Shown here piece by piece: positions 10,829 through 20,739 of a DNA stretch of 64,000 nt. Each line of letters opens with the position of its first letter. The first letter of the stretch is position 1. The position numbers and the translations under genes are program-made. The notes below the pieces were generated by a model. That model worked only from the letters and a program-made list of their open reading frames with translations, ran no database searches and was not told where the DNA came from. The stretch comes from an uncultured Veillonellaceae bacterium (GTDB taxonomy: Bacteria; Bacillota; Negativicutes; JARBTT01): positions 736,001 to 800,000 of the forward strand of contig CAWDTA010000005.1 in NCBI GenBank assembly GCA_963805085.1. The letters run 5' to 3'.

Positions 10829-12475
10829 ATGGATGATAAAAATACAGAGTTTGAATGTTCCGAAACGGGAAGTGAAGAAAAGGGGTATCTATTAAAATTT
10901 AAGAAAGACGGGGTTTTCTTTTCTGTTTTTCCAAATGATGATGAAACAAATTTGTTTGAGTTAACTGATATTACAAAAATTTTAGATGAGCATGGCGTTC
11001 CCAATTATAGTATTGAATTACTTATGAAGGTAGTTCGTGAAAAAGATGGGATTGAAGTTAAAATAAGTGATGATTTACCGCCACAAGAGAAAGCGGACCC
11101 AATTGATCCAGAAATAAAAATTTATCCAAGTAAAGATAAAATGGAAGCAATAGTAAACATTACGATTTTAGATAAAAATGTAAAGCCTACATTTAATATG
11201 GTTATGGATAAGCTTAATGAAAAAGGCATTGTCTTTGGTATTGATGAAGAAGCGATAAAAAAAGCAGTGAAAAGTGCAATTGAATCAGACTTGTCGTGTG
11301 AAATGTTAGTTGCTCAAGGAACTAGACCTACGAATGGTACCGATGCAAAGCTGCTAAAACTTGTCGACAATGATGCTAAAGGAAGACCTGCCGATTTAGA
11401 GCATGGTAGAGTCGATTTCAAAAATTTAAACTTATTTACGATTGTAACAAAAGGCCAAATCTTAGCAGAACGAATTCCACATACTCAAGGAAGCCCAGGG
11501 ATGAATATATTTGGCGATACTGTTGCAGCAAAGCCTGGTAAGCCATTTATGATACCAGCCGGTAAGAATACACAAATTATTGAGGAACATAAGGTTGTTT
11601 CTTTAATTGATGGCCAATTTTCAATGACAGGAAATAAGATGACTGTTACGCCTACGATTGAGATTAAAGGCGATGTAGACTTATCGACAGGTAATATTAC
11701 TTTTAATGGTAGTGTTATTATTCGTGGCAGTGTACAAATGGGCTTTGAGGTAAAAGCGGAAGGCGATATTGAAGTTTATGGCAGTATTAGTGGTGGCACT
11801 GTAGAAGGAAAAAATATCACTGTAAAAGCTGGAATTCAAGGAATGCAACGGGGCATTATTAAGGCAAAGGAAGATGTGAAAGCCAGTTTTGCTGAAAATG
11901 CCCAAATTGTTGCTGGCCGGGATATTATGATCAGTGAAGCAGTTTTGCATTGTAATCTTAGTGCGGGTAAAAAAATCGTTGTTCAAGGGAAAAGGGGGAT
12001 GATTGCTGGTGGAATAGCGGTTGCAGGGGAAGAGATTCTTGTAAAAATTGCAGGCAATCAAATGGATACTGTCACGAAGCTTGAAGTGGGGATCAATCCA
12101 ATGCTTCGTGAGGAATATAGCACAACAAAAAAAGCCCTTAAAAAATCAGAGGAAGATTTAGATCAAGCCAAAAAAGCCTTAAATGTGTTAAAAGCTGTAA
12201 ATCCAGATGATCTTCCTTTAGCGAAGAAGGAATTGTTGCTTCGCTTAACAAAATCACAATTTCCCCTTGCTGGGGAAGTAAAAAAATTTAAAGATAGGAT
12301 TGCAACAATTGAAGCTGAATTCGATAATTTAAAATCTGGTAAAATTAAAGTGGCTGAAATTACATATCCTGGGGTTAAAATTATTGTTAGATCAGTTGTT
12401 AAACAGCTGAAAACGGCGACACAACATTGCACTTTTTCTGAAGAAAATGGCGAAGTTAAGATTAGTGAATATTAG
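10829..12475 (+). CDS. FapA/DUF342 family protein (flagellar assembly protein A-like)
   Basis: GRVDFKNLN and the DVDLSTGNITFNGSVIIRGSV beta-helix typical of DUF342; flagellar context. Confidence 0.88.
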   Translation: MDDKNTEFECSETGSEEKGYLLKFKKDGVFFSVFPNDDETNLFELTDITKILDEHGVPNYSIELLMKVVREKDGIEVKISDDLPPQEKADPIDPEIKIYPSKDKMEAIVNITILDKNVKPTFNMVMDKLNEKGIVFGIDEEAIKKAVKSAIESDLSCEMLVAQGTRPTNGTDAKLLKLVDNDAKGRPADLEHGRVDFKNLNLFTIVTKGQILAERIPHTQGSPGMNIFGDTVAAKPGKPFMIPAGKNTQIIEEHKVVSLIDGQFSMTGNKMTVTPTIEIKGDVDLSTGNITFNGSVIIRGSVQMGFEVKAEGDIEVYGSISGGTVEGKNITVKAGIQGMQRGIIKAKEDVKASFAENAQIVAGRDIMISEAVLHCNLSAGKKIVVQGKRGMIAGGIAVAGEEILVKIAGNQMDTVTKLEVGINPMLREEYSTTKKALKKSEEDLDQAKKALNVLKAVNPDDLPLAKKELLLRLTKSQFPLAGEVKKFKDRIATIEAEFDNLKSGKIKVAEITYPGVKIIVRSVVKQLKTATQHCTFSEENGEVKISEY

Positions 12476-12518
12476 TTTGCTCATGAAGCGTCTAATTACT
12501 TATAGGTTGGTGAGATAG

Positions 12519-12839
12519 ATGAATATTAGTCCATTAGATATGCAAGTAATTATTCCAAAGTCTACAGAAATTGCTAAATCTCAGCAGGTGCGGGATCATC
12601 AAAATGTGGTTCAACAGGAACATGGTGCTGCACAATTTCAACAACAAGCTGATGTTAAATTAACCCAAGTACAAACGGCAGAGAAGTCGCAAGGTGAAAA
12701 AATTAAAAACAAACAAAATAAAGAGCAGGGTAAAAGGGAAACTAGCCAAAATGGTAATCAACACGAAGAAGAACCTAGCGAAGAAGCACCGATGGCGGTC
12801 GATAGTATTCGCGGGAGGCATGTTGATATCAAAATGTGA
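12519..12839 (+). CDS. Conserved hypothetical protein of the flagellar operon tail
   Basis: N-terminal ISPLDMQVIIPKS and C-terminal GRHVDIK pattern, as seen after DUF342 genes. Confidence 0.7.
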   Translation: MNISPLDMQVIIPKSTEIAKSQQVRDHQNVVQQEHGAAQFQQQADVKLTQVQTAEKSQGEKIKNKQNKEQGKRETSQNGNQHEEEPSEEAPMAVDSIRGRHVDIKM

Positions 12840-12869
12840 TAGGTATTTTTGCGATGCTAGAGGTGTTGT

Positions 12870-13424
12870 ATGGTTGCGGCAATGATAGGTTTCTTTTTCA
12901 TACTCATCGTGATGGTGGTTGTGATTATTAAGCGACAAATTGAAAAAAATAAGGTATCAAAAAATAGCTTTGACCAGTCTGCAGCAAGATTGCAGTTACA
13001 GTTAGAAGAAGCCGCAGATGTTATTATAGCCAGTATGGAAAATCATGTAAATCATTTAGAGTTTTTAATTGAAGAAGCAGATATCAAGATTGGTGAATTA
13101 GATCATCGTATTAAAACGATAGAAGAGCTTTCTCAAAAACAACTGAGTTTTGAGGGAGAGCCAGAGGTTTTTCGTGTGAACGACGTAAACTTAGTGACAA
13201 ATCATGTAGAAATGATTAAAAAGGTTACTAAACAAGAAACAGAAGTAACCAAAGTTATGCGACCTAAATTCGTTCTAAAAGATTCGGCAATTAATTCAGC
13301 AGTATCTGAGATGATTGATAAAGGCTGTTCATTGGATCAAATAGCAAAAGAAACTGGAATTGGCAAGGGTGCAATTAAATTAATTAAGCAAATGCATAAA
13401 AATAAAAGTTTAGACAAATTATAA
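12870..13424 (+). CDS. SwrB-like/DUF6115 membrane-anchored coiled-coil protein
   Basis: N-terminal TM, coiled coil, C-terminal helix-turn-helix-like SLDQIAKETGIGKGAIKLI; occupies the swrB position between sigD and rpsB. Confidence 0.65.
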   Translation: MVAAMIGFFFILIVMVVVIIKRQIEKNKVSKNSFDQSAARLQLQLEEAADVIIASMENHVNHLEFLIEEADIKIGELDHRIKTIEELSQKQLSFEGEPEVFRVNDVNLVTNHVEMIKKVTKQETEVTKVMRPKFVLKDSAINSAVSEMIDKGCSLDQIAKETGIGKGAIKLIKQMHKNKSLDKL

Positions 13425-13442
13425 CTTAGTAGTAAAATATTC

Positions 13443-13471
13443 TTGTTATATTAATTTAAATATGATATACT
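13443..13471 (+). promoter_or_regulatory. Sigma-A promoter of rpsB-tsf
   Basis: TTGTTA-17 nt-TATACT with extended TG. Confidence 0.7.
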
Positions 13472-13477
13472 TTAAAA

Positions 13478-13570
13478 CGGTGTAAAAAACGCACGCATTT
13501 TAATTTTGTACTGTGCCGATTCGGTGAAAACAAAAGATGAGGAATGCGGAGGAAAAAAAACAGGAGGTGC
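13478..13570 (+). promoter_or_regulatory. rpsB leader (S2 autoregulatory RNA-like)
   Basis: CACGCATT ... GATGAGGAATGCGGAGG: paired ends (CGCATT/AATGCG) as in Firmicute rpsB leaders. Confidence 0.55.
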
Positions 13571-13575
13571 ACCCA

Positions 13576-14292
13576 ATGGCAGTTATTTCCATGAAACAAT
13601 TATTAGAAGCTGGTGTTCATTTTGGACATCAAACTAGAAGATGGAATCCTAAAATGGCTACTTACATCTTCACAGAACGTAACGGGATCTATATTATTGA
13701 TTTACAAAAGACAGTGAAAAAAGTAGATGAAGCATACAACTTCCTTCGTGATGTTGCAGCACAAGGCGAAACTATTCTTTTCGTTGGTACTAAGAAACAA
13801 GCACAAGAAGCTGTTAAAGATGAAGCTATTAAATCTGACATGTACTATGTTAATGAAAGATGGCTAGGCGGCATGCTTACGAACTTCCAAACAATTCAAA
13901 AACGTATCAATCGTTTAAAAGAATTGGAAGCGATGGAGGAAAACGGAACTTTTGAAGTCTTAACTAAAAAAGAAGTTCTTGCACTTCGTCATGAAATGGA
14001 AAGATTACAAAAATTCTTAGGCGGTATCAAGACTATGACGAAGCTTCCAGGAGCTTTATTCATCGTTGATCCTCGCAAAGAAAGAATTGCTGTAGCTGAA
14101 GCTAAAAAACTTGGCATTCCAATCGTTGGTATTGTTGATACTAACTGTGATCCAGATGAAATTGATTATGTTATCCCAGCGAATGATGATGCAATTCGTG
14201 CTGTAAAACTTCTTACTGCAAGAATGGCGGATGCTGTGATTGAAGGGCGTCAAGGCGAAGCCACTGAAGAAGAAGAAGAAGAAAATATATAA
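13576..14292 (+). CDS. rpsB: 30S ribosomal protein S2
   Basis: [19 protein letters not shown] and [10 protein letters not shown]; AGGAGG RBS before ATG 13576. Confidence 0.99.
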   Translation: MAVISMKQLLEAGVHFGHQTRRWNPKMATYIFTERNGIYIIDLQKTVKKVDEAYNFLRDVAAQGETILFVGTKKQAQEAVKDEAIKSDMYYVNERWLGGMLTNFQTIQKRINRLKELEAMEENGTFEVLTKKEVLALRHEMERLQKFLGGIKTMTKLPGALFIVDPRKERIAVAEAKKLGIPIVGIVDTNCDPDEIDYVIPANDDAIRAVKLLTARMADAVIEGRQGEATEEEEEENI

Positions 14293-14352
14293 ATAATTAA
14301 AGGGTAAGGGAATCTTCCCTTACCTTTAAGTTTGATAAATAGGGGGATTTGT

Positions 14353-15003
14353 ATGGCAACTATAACTGCTGCAATGGTTAAAGAATTGCGCGAAATGACT
14401 GGCGCTGGTATGATGGATTGCAAAAAAGCGTTAGGTGAAACTGAAGGTAATATTGAAAAAGCTGTTGACTTTTTACGTGAAAAAGGGCTAGCGGCGGCTG
14501 CTAAAAAAGCTGGGCGTATTGCTGCTGAAGGTGTTGTTGAAGCTTATATTCATGGTGGCGGAAGAATTGGTGTCATGGTTGAAATTAACTGTGAAACTGA
14601 TTTCGTTGCAAAAACGGATGACTTTAAAGAATTAGCTCGTGACGTTGCTATGCAAATTGCTGCGACAAATCCTTTATTTGTTCGTCGTGAAGATGTTGAT
14701 CCTACTGTGATTGAACATGAACGCGAAGTATTCCGTGCGCAAGCTTTAAATGAAGGCAAACCTGAAAAAATCGTTGAAAAAATGGTTGTCGGTCGTATTG
14801 AAAAATATTACAAAGAAATCTGCTTAATGGAGCAATCTTTTATTAAAGATCCAGATCAAACAATTTCCCAAATTATTAATGGTAAAATTTCTAAAATTGG
14901 TGAAAACATCTCTGTTAGAAGATTTACTAGATATCAACTTGGTGAAGGTATTGAGAAAAAAGTAGATGATTTTGCTGCGGAAGTAATGGCTGCTGTAAAA
15001 TAA
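14353..15003 (+). CDS. tsf: Translation elongation factor Ts (short form)
   Basis: [29 protein letters not shown]. Confidence 0.98.
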   Translation: MATITAAMVKELREMTGAGMMDCKKALGETEGNIEKAVDFLREKGLAAAAKKAGRIAAEGVVEAYIHGGGRIGVMVEINCETDFVAKTDDFKELARDVAMQIAATNPLFVRREDVDPTVIEHEREVFRAQALNEGKPEKIVEKMVVGRIEKYYKEICLMEQSFIKDPDQTISQIINGKISKIGENISVRRFTRYQLGEGIEKKVDDFAAEVMAAVK

Positions 15004-15004
15004 T

Positions 15005-15035
15005 AAAAAGAGAACACTATGTGTTCTCTTTTTTA
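15005..15035 (+). terminator. Rho-independent terminator after tsf
   Basis: AAAAAGAGAACAC-TAT-GTGTTCTCTTTTTT. Confidence 0.85.
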
Positions 15036-15043
15036 AAAATCAA

Positions 15044-15068
15044 AGGAATATTATAATATTTGTCGAAT
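15044..15068 (+). promoter_or_regulatory. Sigma-H-type promoter upstream of pyrH
   Basis: AGGA-17 nt-GAAT (AAAGGAATATT...TGTCGAAT). Confidence 0.6.
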
Positions 15069-15094
15069 GAATATAGAGACTGGGGGTTTTGTAT

Positions 15095-15820
15095 TTGGAA
15101 ACGACTAAATATAAACGTGTAATTCTAAAACTAAGTGGTGAAGCTCTCGCTGGTGGTAAAGGGTTTGGTATTGACCCAGTTGTTGTGGAATCAATTGCTC
15201 TACAAATAAAAGAAATTCGTAAAAATGACATTGACGTCGCTGTTGTTGTAGGTGGCGGAAATATTTGGCGTGGCCTTGCTGGTAGTTCTAAAGGTATGGA
15301 TCGTGCGACTGCTGATTATATGGGAATGCTTGCTACCGTTATGAATGGTCTAGCACTCCAAGATGCTTTAGAAAAAGTTGATGTAGATACTCGTGTACAA
15401 AGTGCAATTGAAATGAGACAAATGGCGGAATCCTATATTAGACGGAAAGCAATTCGCCATCTTGAAAAAGGTAGAGTTGTAATTTTTGCCGCTGGTACTG
15501 GTAATCCTTATTTTTCAACTGATACTACAGCAGCACTTCGTGCCGCTGAAATAGAAGCTGATGTTATTTTGATGGCCAAGAAAAATACAGATGGTGTTTA
15601 TGATGCAGATCCTCGTTATAATCCTAATGCGAAGAAATTTGAGACATTAGAATATATTGAGGTGCTTCAACGTGGACTAGCTGTTATGGACTCAACGGCA
15701 ACTAGTTTGTGCATGGATAATAAAATCCCAATTATTGTGTTTAATATTGATGAACATACGAATATTTTAAAAGTGGCTATGGGACAAAATATTGGGACTA
15801 CTGTGGGAGGCAAAGCGTAG
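15095..15820 (+). CDS. pyrH: UMP kinase
   Basis: [32 protein letters not shown]; TTG start chosen by RBS spacing. Confidence 0.98.
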   Translation: METTKYKRVILKLSGEALAGGKGFGIDPVVVESIALQIKEIRKNDIDVAVVVGGGNIWRGLAGSSKGMDRATADYMGMLATVMNGLALQDALEKVDVDTRVQSAIEMRQMAESYIRRKAIRHLEKGRVVIFAAGTGNPYFSTDTTAALRAAEIEADVILMAKKNTDGVYDADPRYNPNAKKFETLEYIEVLQRGLAVMDSTATSLCMDNKIPIIVFNIDEHTNILKVAMGQNIGTTVGGKA

Positions 15821-16377
15821 TGATTAAAGAAGTATTTAGTTCTCATGAAGATAGAATGAAAAAAACGATTGAAGCACTAAAAAGAGAATATTCATCGTTG
15901 CGTGCTGGTCGTGCAACTCCAGCATTGTTAGATAAAGTGATGGTTGATTATTATGGGACACCTACGCCTGTAAATCAAGTTGCAAATATTAGTGTGCCTG
16001 AACCAAGAATGATTACGATTCAGCCTTGGGAAAAACCAATGTTAGCAGCAATTGAAAAGGCAATTATGAAATCGGATTTAGGTTTAAATCCTAATAGTGA
16101 TGGGACAATGATTCGTTTGTCAATTCCACAACTTACGCAAGAAAGGCGTAACGAACTTGCTAAGACCACGCATAAAAAAGCTGAGGATGCTAAAATTTCG
16201 TTAAGAAATATTCGCCGTGATGCAAATGATGCGATTAAAAAGCTTGAGAAAGATAAAGCTATCAATGAAGATGAAAACAAGAAAGCTCAAGATGATATGC
16301 AAAAAATCGTTGATAAATATATTAAAGAAATTGATGCTGTAATGGCTGGTAAAGAAAAAGAAATAATGGAAGTGTAA
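15820..16377 (+). CDS. frr: Ribosome recycling factor
   Basis: LRAGRATPALLD, VDYYG, RNIRRDAND. Confidence 0.98.
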   Translation: MIKEVFSSHEDRMKKTIEALKREYSSLRAGRATPALLDKVMVDYYGTPTPVNQVANISVPEPRMITIQPWEKPMLAAIEKAIMKSDLGLNPNSDGTMIRLSIPQLTQERRNELAKTTHKKAEDAKISLRNIRRDANDAIKKLEKDKAINEDENKKAQDDMQKIVDKYIKEIDAVMAGKEKEIMEV

Positions 16378-16381
16378 GGAA

Positions 16382-16582
16382 TTGGATACTGTAGGTCTAC
16401 TTTTAAAAGATGTCATTGCCAAATTAGATAATGACGGCTGTAAGTATACTGTTGAACGTACATATCCTACTCGTGACTACTTTCCAATTGATGAGGAAAT
16501 GCTTTACGTTGTTAGACAGCAGCAACAAGAAGATGGTTCTTTACAATTGGTAGTAGCAGCAACAATGAGAAAGGAGGTGTGA
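16382..16582 (+). CDS. Small hypothetical protein (PASTA-like)
   Basis: 66-aa ORF filling the frr-ferredoxin gap; its stop overlaps the ferredoxin RBS. Confidence 0.6.
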   Translation: MDTVGLLLKDVIAKLDNDGCKYTVERTYPTRDYFPIDEEMLYVVRQQQQEDGSLQLVVAATMRKEV

Positions 16583-16588
16583 TTGACC

Positions 16589-16759
16589 ATGGCTTATACA
16601 ATTAACGATGATTGCATTTCTTGCGGTTCTTGCGCTGGAACTTGCCCAGTAGCTGCTATTTCTGAAGGAGATTCAAAATACGTAATTTCTCCAGACGAAT
16701 GTGTTGAATGCGGTGCATGTGCGGCGGTTTGTCCAGTTGGCGCTATATTAGCTCCATGA
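16589..16759 (+). CDS. 2[4Fe-4S] clostridial-type ferredoxin, 56 aa (not in the ORF track)
   Basis: MAYTINDDCISCGSCAGTCPVAAISEGDSKYVISPDECVECGACAAVCPVGAILAP; two CxxCxxCxxxCP motifs; AAGGAGGT RBS. Confidence 0.96.
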   Translation: MAYTINDDCISCGSCAGTCPVAAISEGDSKYVISPDECVECGACAAVCPVGAILAP

Positions 16760-16762
16760 TAA

Positions 16763-16795
16763 AAACCCCCTCTAGCAAGAGGGGGTTTCGTTTCT
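16763..16795 (+). terminator. Terminator after ferredoxin
   Basis: AAACCCCCTCT-AGCA-AGAGGGGGTTT followed by a T-rich tract. Confidence 0.8.
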
Positions 16796-16819
16796 TAAGT
16801 TGATAATTGGAGGTAAATT

Positions 16820-17599
16820 ATGTGGAAAAAGTGGATTGGTAAGAAAAATACTAATTTTGCAACAATTGATGGTTGTGATGGTATAGATTTATCTAGATTA
16901 CCAAGACATATTGCCGTTATTATGGATGGCAATGGAAGATGGGCACAAAAACAAGGTTTATTACGTACCTTGGGACATCGCGCTGGTGTAGAAAGTTTGA
17001 AAGAAGTGGTAAGAGCTGCATCGGATATAGGTGTGCAGGCTTTGACTGCATATGCTTTTTCTACAGAAAATTGGAAAAGACCGGATGAAGAAGTTTCTTT
17101 TTTGATGAATTTATTCTCGGAATATATTGATCGTGAAATTGATGAATTAGATTCAGAGAATATTAAAATAAAATTTATTGGTCGGATTGGCGAGTTATCC
17201 GATGTGTTACAAACTAAATTTGAAAATGCCCAGACGCGTACTGCAAATAATACAGGGCTTATCTTAAATCTAGCTGTAAATTATGGTAGCAGAGATGAAA
17301 TTACGCGTGCTGTTAAAATAATAGCCCAAAAAGTACTGGAAAATGAAATTTCAGTTAATAACATCAATGAAACAATGATTGATCATTATTTAGATACGGC
17401 GGGAGTGCCACAACTGGATTTAATCATTCGTCCAGGTGGCGATTATAGAATTAGTAATTTTTTGCTTTGGCAAGCAGCCTATGCCGAATTTTGGTATACT
17501 GATATTAATTGGCCAGATTTTAAACCTTGTCATTTATATGCAGCAATTCTTGAGTATCAAAAAAGAGATAGAAGGTTTGGTGGGCTAAATACAAAATAG
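16820..17599 (+). CDS. uppS: Undecaprenyl diphosphate synthase
   Basis: HIAVIMDGNGRWA, YAFSTENWKR, RISNFLLWQ. Confidence 0.97.
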   Translation: MWKKWIGKKNTNFATIDGCDGIDLSRLPRHIAVIMDGNGRWAQKQGLLRTLGHRAGVESLKEVVRAASDIGVQALTAYAFSTENWKRPDEEVSFLMNLFSEYIDREIDELDSENIKIKFIGRIGELSDVLQTKFENAQTRTANNTGLILNLAVNYGSRDEITRAVKIIAQKVLENEISVNNINETMIDHYLDTAGVPQLDLIIRPGGDYRISNFLLWQAAYAEFWYTDINWPDFKPCHLYAAILEYQKRDRRFGGLNTK

Positions 17600-17620
17600 C
17601 GCACTATAAAAGGGTGAATA

Positions 17621-18448
17621 ATGTTAATAAAAAGAATCATAACAGGCATTATTGGAATGGTCGCTACAGTGTATATTGTTAATTATGGCGGACCTATATT
17701 TGGTGGGGCTGTGATGCTGTGTGCAATGATTGGTTGGCATGAACTATGTAAAGCATTTAAACATATTGATATGAAATTATGGTATAGTTTTGGCATGATT
17801 ACAGTTGCTTTTGTCTTGGGTTGTGCATGGATTGGAAATACCAGAGAGACGTTAGCGGTAATAACCATTGCGATGCTGATGGTATTTGGTAAGGTGGTTT
17901 TAGACTATAAGAAATTTACGATTTATAATGCAGCGATGACGGTAAGTGGTATTTTTTATATTGGCTTGTCATTTGCACATTTGATTTTACTTAGATTTAC
18001 CGACAATATAATCATGATTGAAACGAATATTGGCACTATTTCGGCAGGGTGTGCATTGATTTGGGTTGCCTTTATTGGTACGTGGGCTAGTGATACGTTT
18101 GCTTTTTTTGTTGGTTCTAAGTTGGGAAAACATAAATTATGTCCGAACATTAGTCCTGGTAAAACAGTGGAAGGCTTTACTGGTGGCATGATTGGTACAG
18201 TACTAGCGCTTGTTGGTTTGGCCTATTTATTTCATTTTTCAATCGTACATATGGTGATTTTGGGGATATTAATTGCTGGTATCGCTACGATTGGTGATTT
18301 GGTGGAATCTTCTTTTAAACGGTTGACTGGTATCAAAGATTCAGGGCAAATTTTGCCCGGGCATGGTGGCGTCTTGGATCGGTTTGATAGTATAATGTTC
18401 ACTGTTCCATTGGTTTATTATTATATTCATATTTTTAAATTGTACTAA
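17621..18448 (+). CDS. cdsA: Phosphatidate cytidylyltransferase
   Basis: SPGKTVEG and KDSGQILPGHGGVLDRFDS. Confidence 0.96.
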   Translation: MLIKRIITGIIGMVATVYIVNYGGPIFGGAVMLCAMIGWHELCKAFKHIDMKLWYSFGMITVAFVLGCAWIGNTRETLAVITIAMLMVFGKVVLDYKKFTIYNAAMTVSGIFYIGLSFAHLILLRFTDNIIMIETNIGTISAGCALIWVAFIGTWASDTFAFFVGSKLGKHKLCPNISPGKTVEGFTGGMIGTVLALVGLAYLFHFSIVHMVILGILIAGIATIGDLVESSFKRLTGIKDSGQILPGHGGVLDRFDSIMFTVPLVYYYIHIFKLY

Positions 18449-18480
18449 AAAATATTGTATTTATTGTGAGGAACATATAA

Positions 18481-19635
18481 ATGAAAAATATTGTGGTTTT
18501 AGGATCTACGGGATCGATTGGCACGCAAACCTTAGATGTCGTTGAAAAAAATCCAGATAGGTTTAAAGTAATTGCGATTGTCGCCCATTCGAAGGATCAA
18601 TTAATCGAAGAACAAATTGAAAAATTTAAGCCGGAATACGCGGTTTTAATTGAGCAAACCGCAGCTGAAAAATTAAAAAGTCGTTACCTAGGAAGGACGA
18701 AAATACTTTCGGGCAAAGAAGGCATGCTACAAGTGTCAACACTTGAAAATGTTGACACTGTAGTTACTTCTATGGTAGGATTTGCAGGTCTTGAGCCAAC
18801 GATTGCTGCGATCAACGCTGGAAAAAATATAGCTCTTGCAAATAAGGAAACTTTGGTTGTTGCTGGTGAACTTATTATGAAACTGGCAAAAGAAAAAGGT
18901 GTTTCTATTTTACCAGTCGATAGCGAACATAGTGCGATTTTTCAGTGCTTACAAGGTGAAGATAAACGTAGTTTAAATAAAATTATCATCACGGCTTCTG
19001 GTGGACCGTTCAGAGGTAAAACGAGAGCAGAACTAGCGAAGGTTACTGTTGCTGAATGTTTAAAGCATCCAAACTGGGCAATGGGACAAAAAATTACGAT
19101 TGATTCGGCAACTTTAGCCAATAAAGGGTTAGAAGTGATTGAAGCAAAATGGTTATATGGCGTAGAATACAATCAAATTGAAGCCATTGTTCATCCGCAA
19201 AGTATCATTCATTCCATGGTAGAATTTGTGGATGGTGCGGTAATTGCGCAATTGGGTATGCCTGATATGCGTGTGCCCATTCAATATGCTTTGACTTATC
19301 CAGAACGTGTGGAAGCAAATTTCCCTAAAATTGACTTTACGACGCTGAAGAATTTAACTTTTGAAAAACCGGATATGGAGACCTTTGTTGCTTTAAAATT
19401 GGCTTATAAGGCTGGTGAAATAGGCGGTACAATGCCTTGTGTCTTTAATGGTGCAAATGAAATTGCCGTCAATGCGTTTTTGAAAAGTGAACTATCGTTT
19501 TTAGGCATCTATGATATTATCCAAAATTCAATGGACGCGCATAAAGTAATATTACATCCTACATTGCAAAATTTATATGATACGGATGCTTGGGTAAGAG
19601 AATATGCGATGCGTCTTTTAGAACATACTAAATAA
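18481..19635 (+). CDS. dxr: 1-deoxy-D-xylulose 5-phosphate reductoisomerase
   Basis: LGSTGSIG, LPVDSEH, NKGLEVIEA, PDMRVPI. Confidence 0.98.
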   Translation: MKNIVVLGSTGSIGTQTLDVVEKNPDRFKVIAIVAHSKDQLIEEQIEKFKPEYAVLIEQTAAEKLKSRYLGRTKILSGKEGMLQVSTLENVDTVVTSMVGFAGLEPTIAAINAGKNIALANKETLVVAGELIMKLAKEKGVSILPVDSEHSAIFQCLQGEDKRSLNKIIITASGGPFRGKTRAELAKVTVAECLKHPNWAMGQKITIDSATLANKGLEVIEAKWLYGVEYNQIEAIVHPQSIIHSMVEFVDGAVIAQLGMPDMRVPIQYALTYPERVEANFPKIDFTTLKNLTFEKPDMETFVALKLAYKAGEIGGTMPCVFNGANEIAVNAFLKSELSFLGIYDIIQNSMDAHKVILHPTLQNLYDTDAWVREYAMRLLEHTK

Positions 19636-19658
19636 TAAAAAGATCGACAGGAGGCGGA

Positions 19659-20696
19659 GTGTTGTCTACTACACTAATAGCAACTATTTTTGTATTTGGA
19701 TTACTGGTTTTATTTCATGAATTTGGACACTTTATTACGGCCAAGATGGTTGGCATGCGAGTTGATGAGTTCGCCATTGGCTTCGGGCCAAAACTCATAA
19801 GTTTTAAACGTGGTGAAACTATATATTCGCTTCGAGTTATTCCGCTTGGTGGTTTTAATAAAATTGCCGGAATGGATCCTGACGAAGAACAAGATGAACG
19901 TTCTTATAATGCAAAACCGATCTTAGCAAGAATGCTTGTGATTCTTGCAGGTTCTTTTATGAATTTTGTTTTGCCTGTGTTAATTTTTAGTATTATTTTT
20001 ATTAGTTCTGGAATAACGAATCCGTCAAATGAACCAGTGCTGGGAGAAGTTATTGCCCATAAATCAGCAGCCCAAGCGGGGCTTGCGGCTGGAGATAGAA
20101 TTATCGGAATCGATGATAAAAGTATCGGTTCATGGCGTGAATTTGTTGAAGTGGTTCAAGTAAGTGGGGGCAAGGTGTTAAAAGTTCATTTTGAACGTGC
20201 TGGACAAGCGCATGATACTAGTATGATTCCTGAATATGATGAAGCTTCAAAGCGTGCTTTAATTGGGGTCGTATCTTCGGTAGATACGTATCGACCAGGG
20301 GTATTGGAATCAGTGGGTTTAGCATTTAAAAATACTGGAGTAATCCTAGTGAAAATGGTGGAAGGTTTAACGCAGATGTTTACGGGAAAAGCTTCCGCTG
20401 ATGTGGCAGGTCCTATCGGTGTTGCACAAATGGCAGGAGAAGTTGCGCAAATGGGGTTTTTACCATTATTACAATTTGCCGCTTTTTTAAGCATCAATTT
20501 AGGGATTATCAATTTATTACCAGTGCCAGCATTAGATGGTGGACATTTCGTCACTTTAATTTTGGAAGCATTTCGTGGTAAACCACTTGGTCCTAAGAGT
20601 GTACAATATGCACAAGTGGTAGGCTTTGTCCTGCTTATGGGATTAATGTTATTTGCTACATTTAAAGATATTATCAGACTAAATTTATTTGGTTAA
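19659..20696 (+). CDS. rseP: RIP metalloprotease RseP (site-2 protease with PDZ domain)
   Basis: HEFGH and NLLPVPALDGG. Confidence 0.96.
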   Translation: MLSTTLIATIFVFGLLVLFHEFGHFITAKMVGMRVDEFAIGFGPKLISFKRGETIYSLRVIPLGGFNKIAGMDPDEEQDERSYNAKPILARMLVILAGSFMNFVLPVLIFSIIFISSGITNPSNEPVLGEVIAHKSAAQAGLAAGDRIIGIDDKSIGSWREFVEVVQVSGGKVLKVHFERAGQAHDTSMIPEYDEASKRALIGVVSSVDTYRPGVLESVGLAFKNTGVILVKMVEGLTQMFTGKASADVAGPIGVAQMAGEVAQMGFLPLLQFAAFLSINLGIINLLPVPALDGGHFVTLILEAFRGKPLGPKSVQYAQVVGFVLLMGLMLFATFKDIIRLNLFG

Positions 20697-20739
20697 CTAG
20701 TAGAAATGCTACTCTTTTTTGATTGTGAGGAAGTTTATA

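Noticed and set aside
14298-14329. Hairpin between rpsB and tsf
   Set aside because: A common feature of rpsB-tsf operons (partial terminator or stabiliser), not unusual
14353-15003. Unusually short EF-Ts (216 aa)
   Set aside because: Short EF-Ts forms are known in several lineages; both ends are intact
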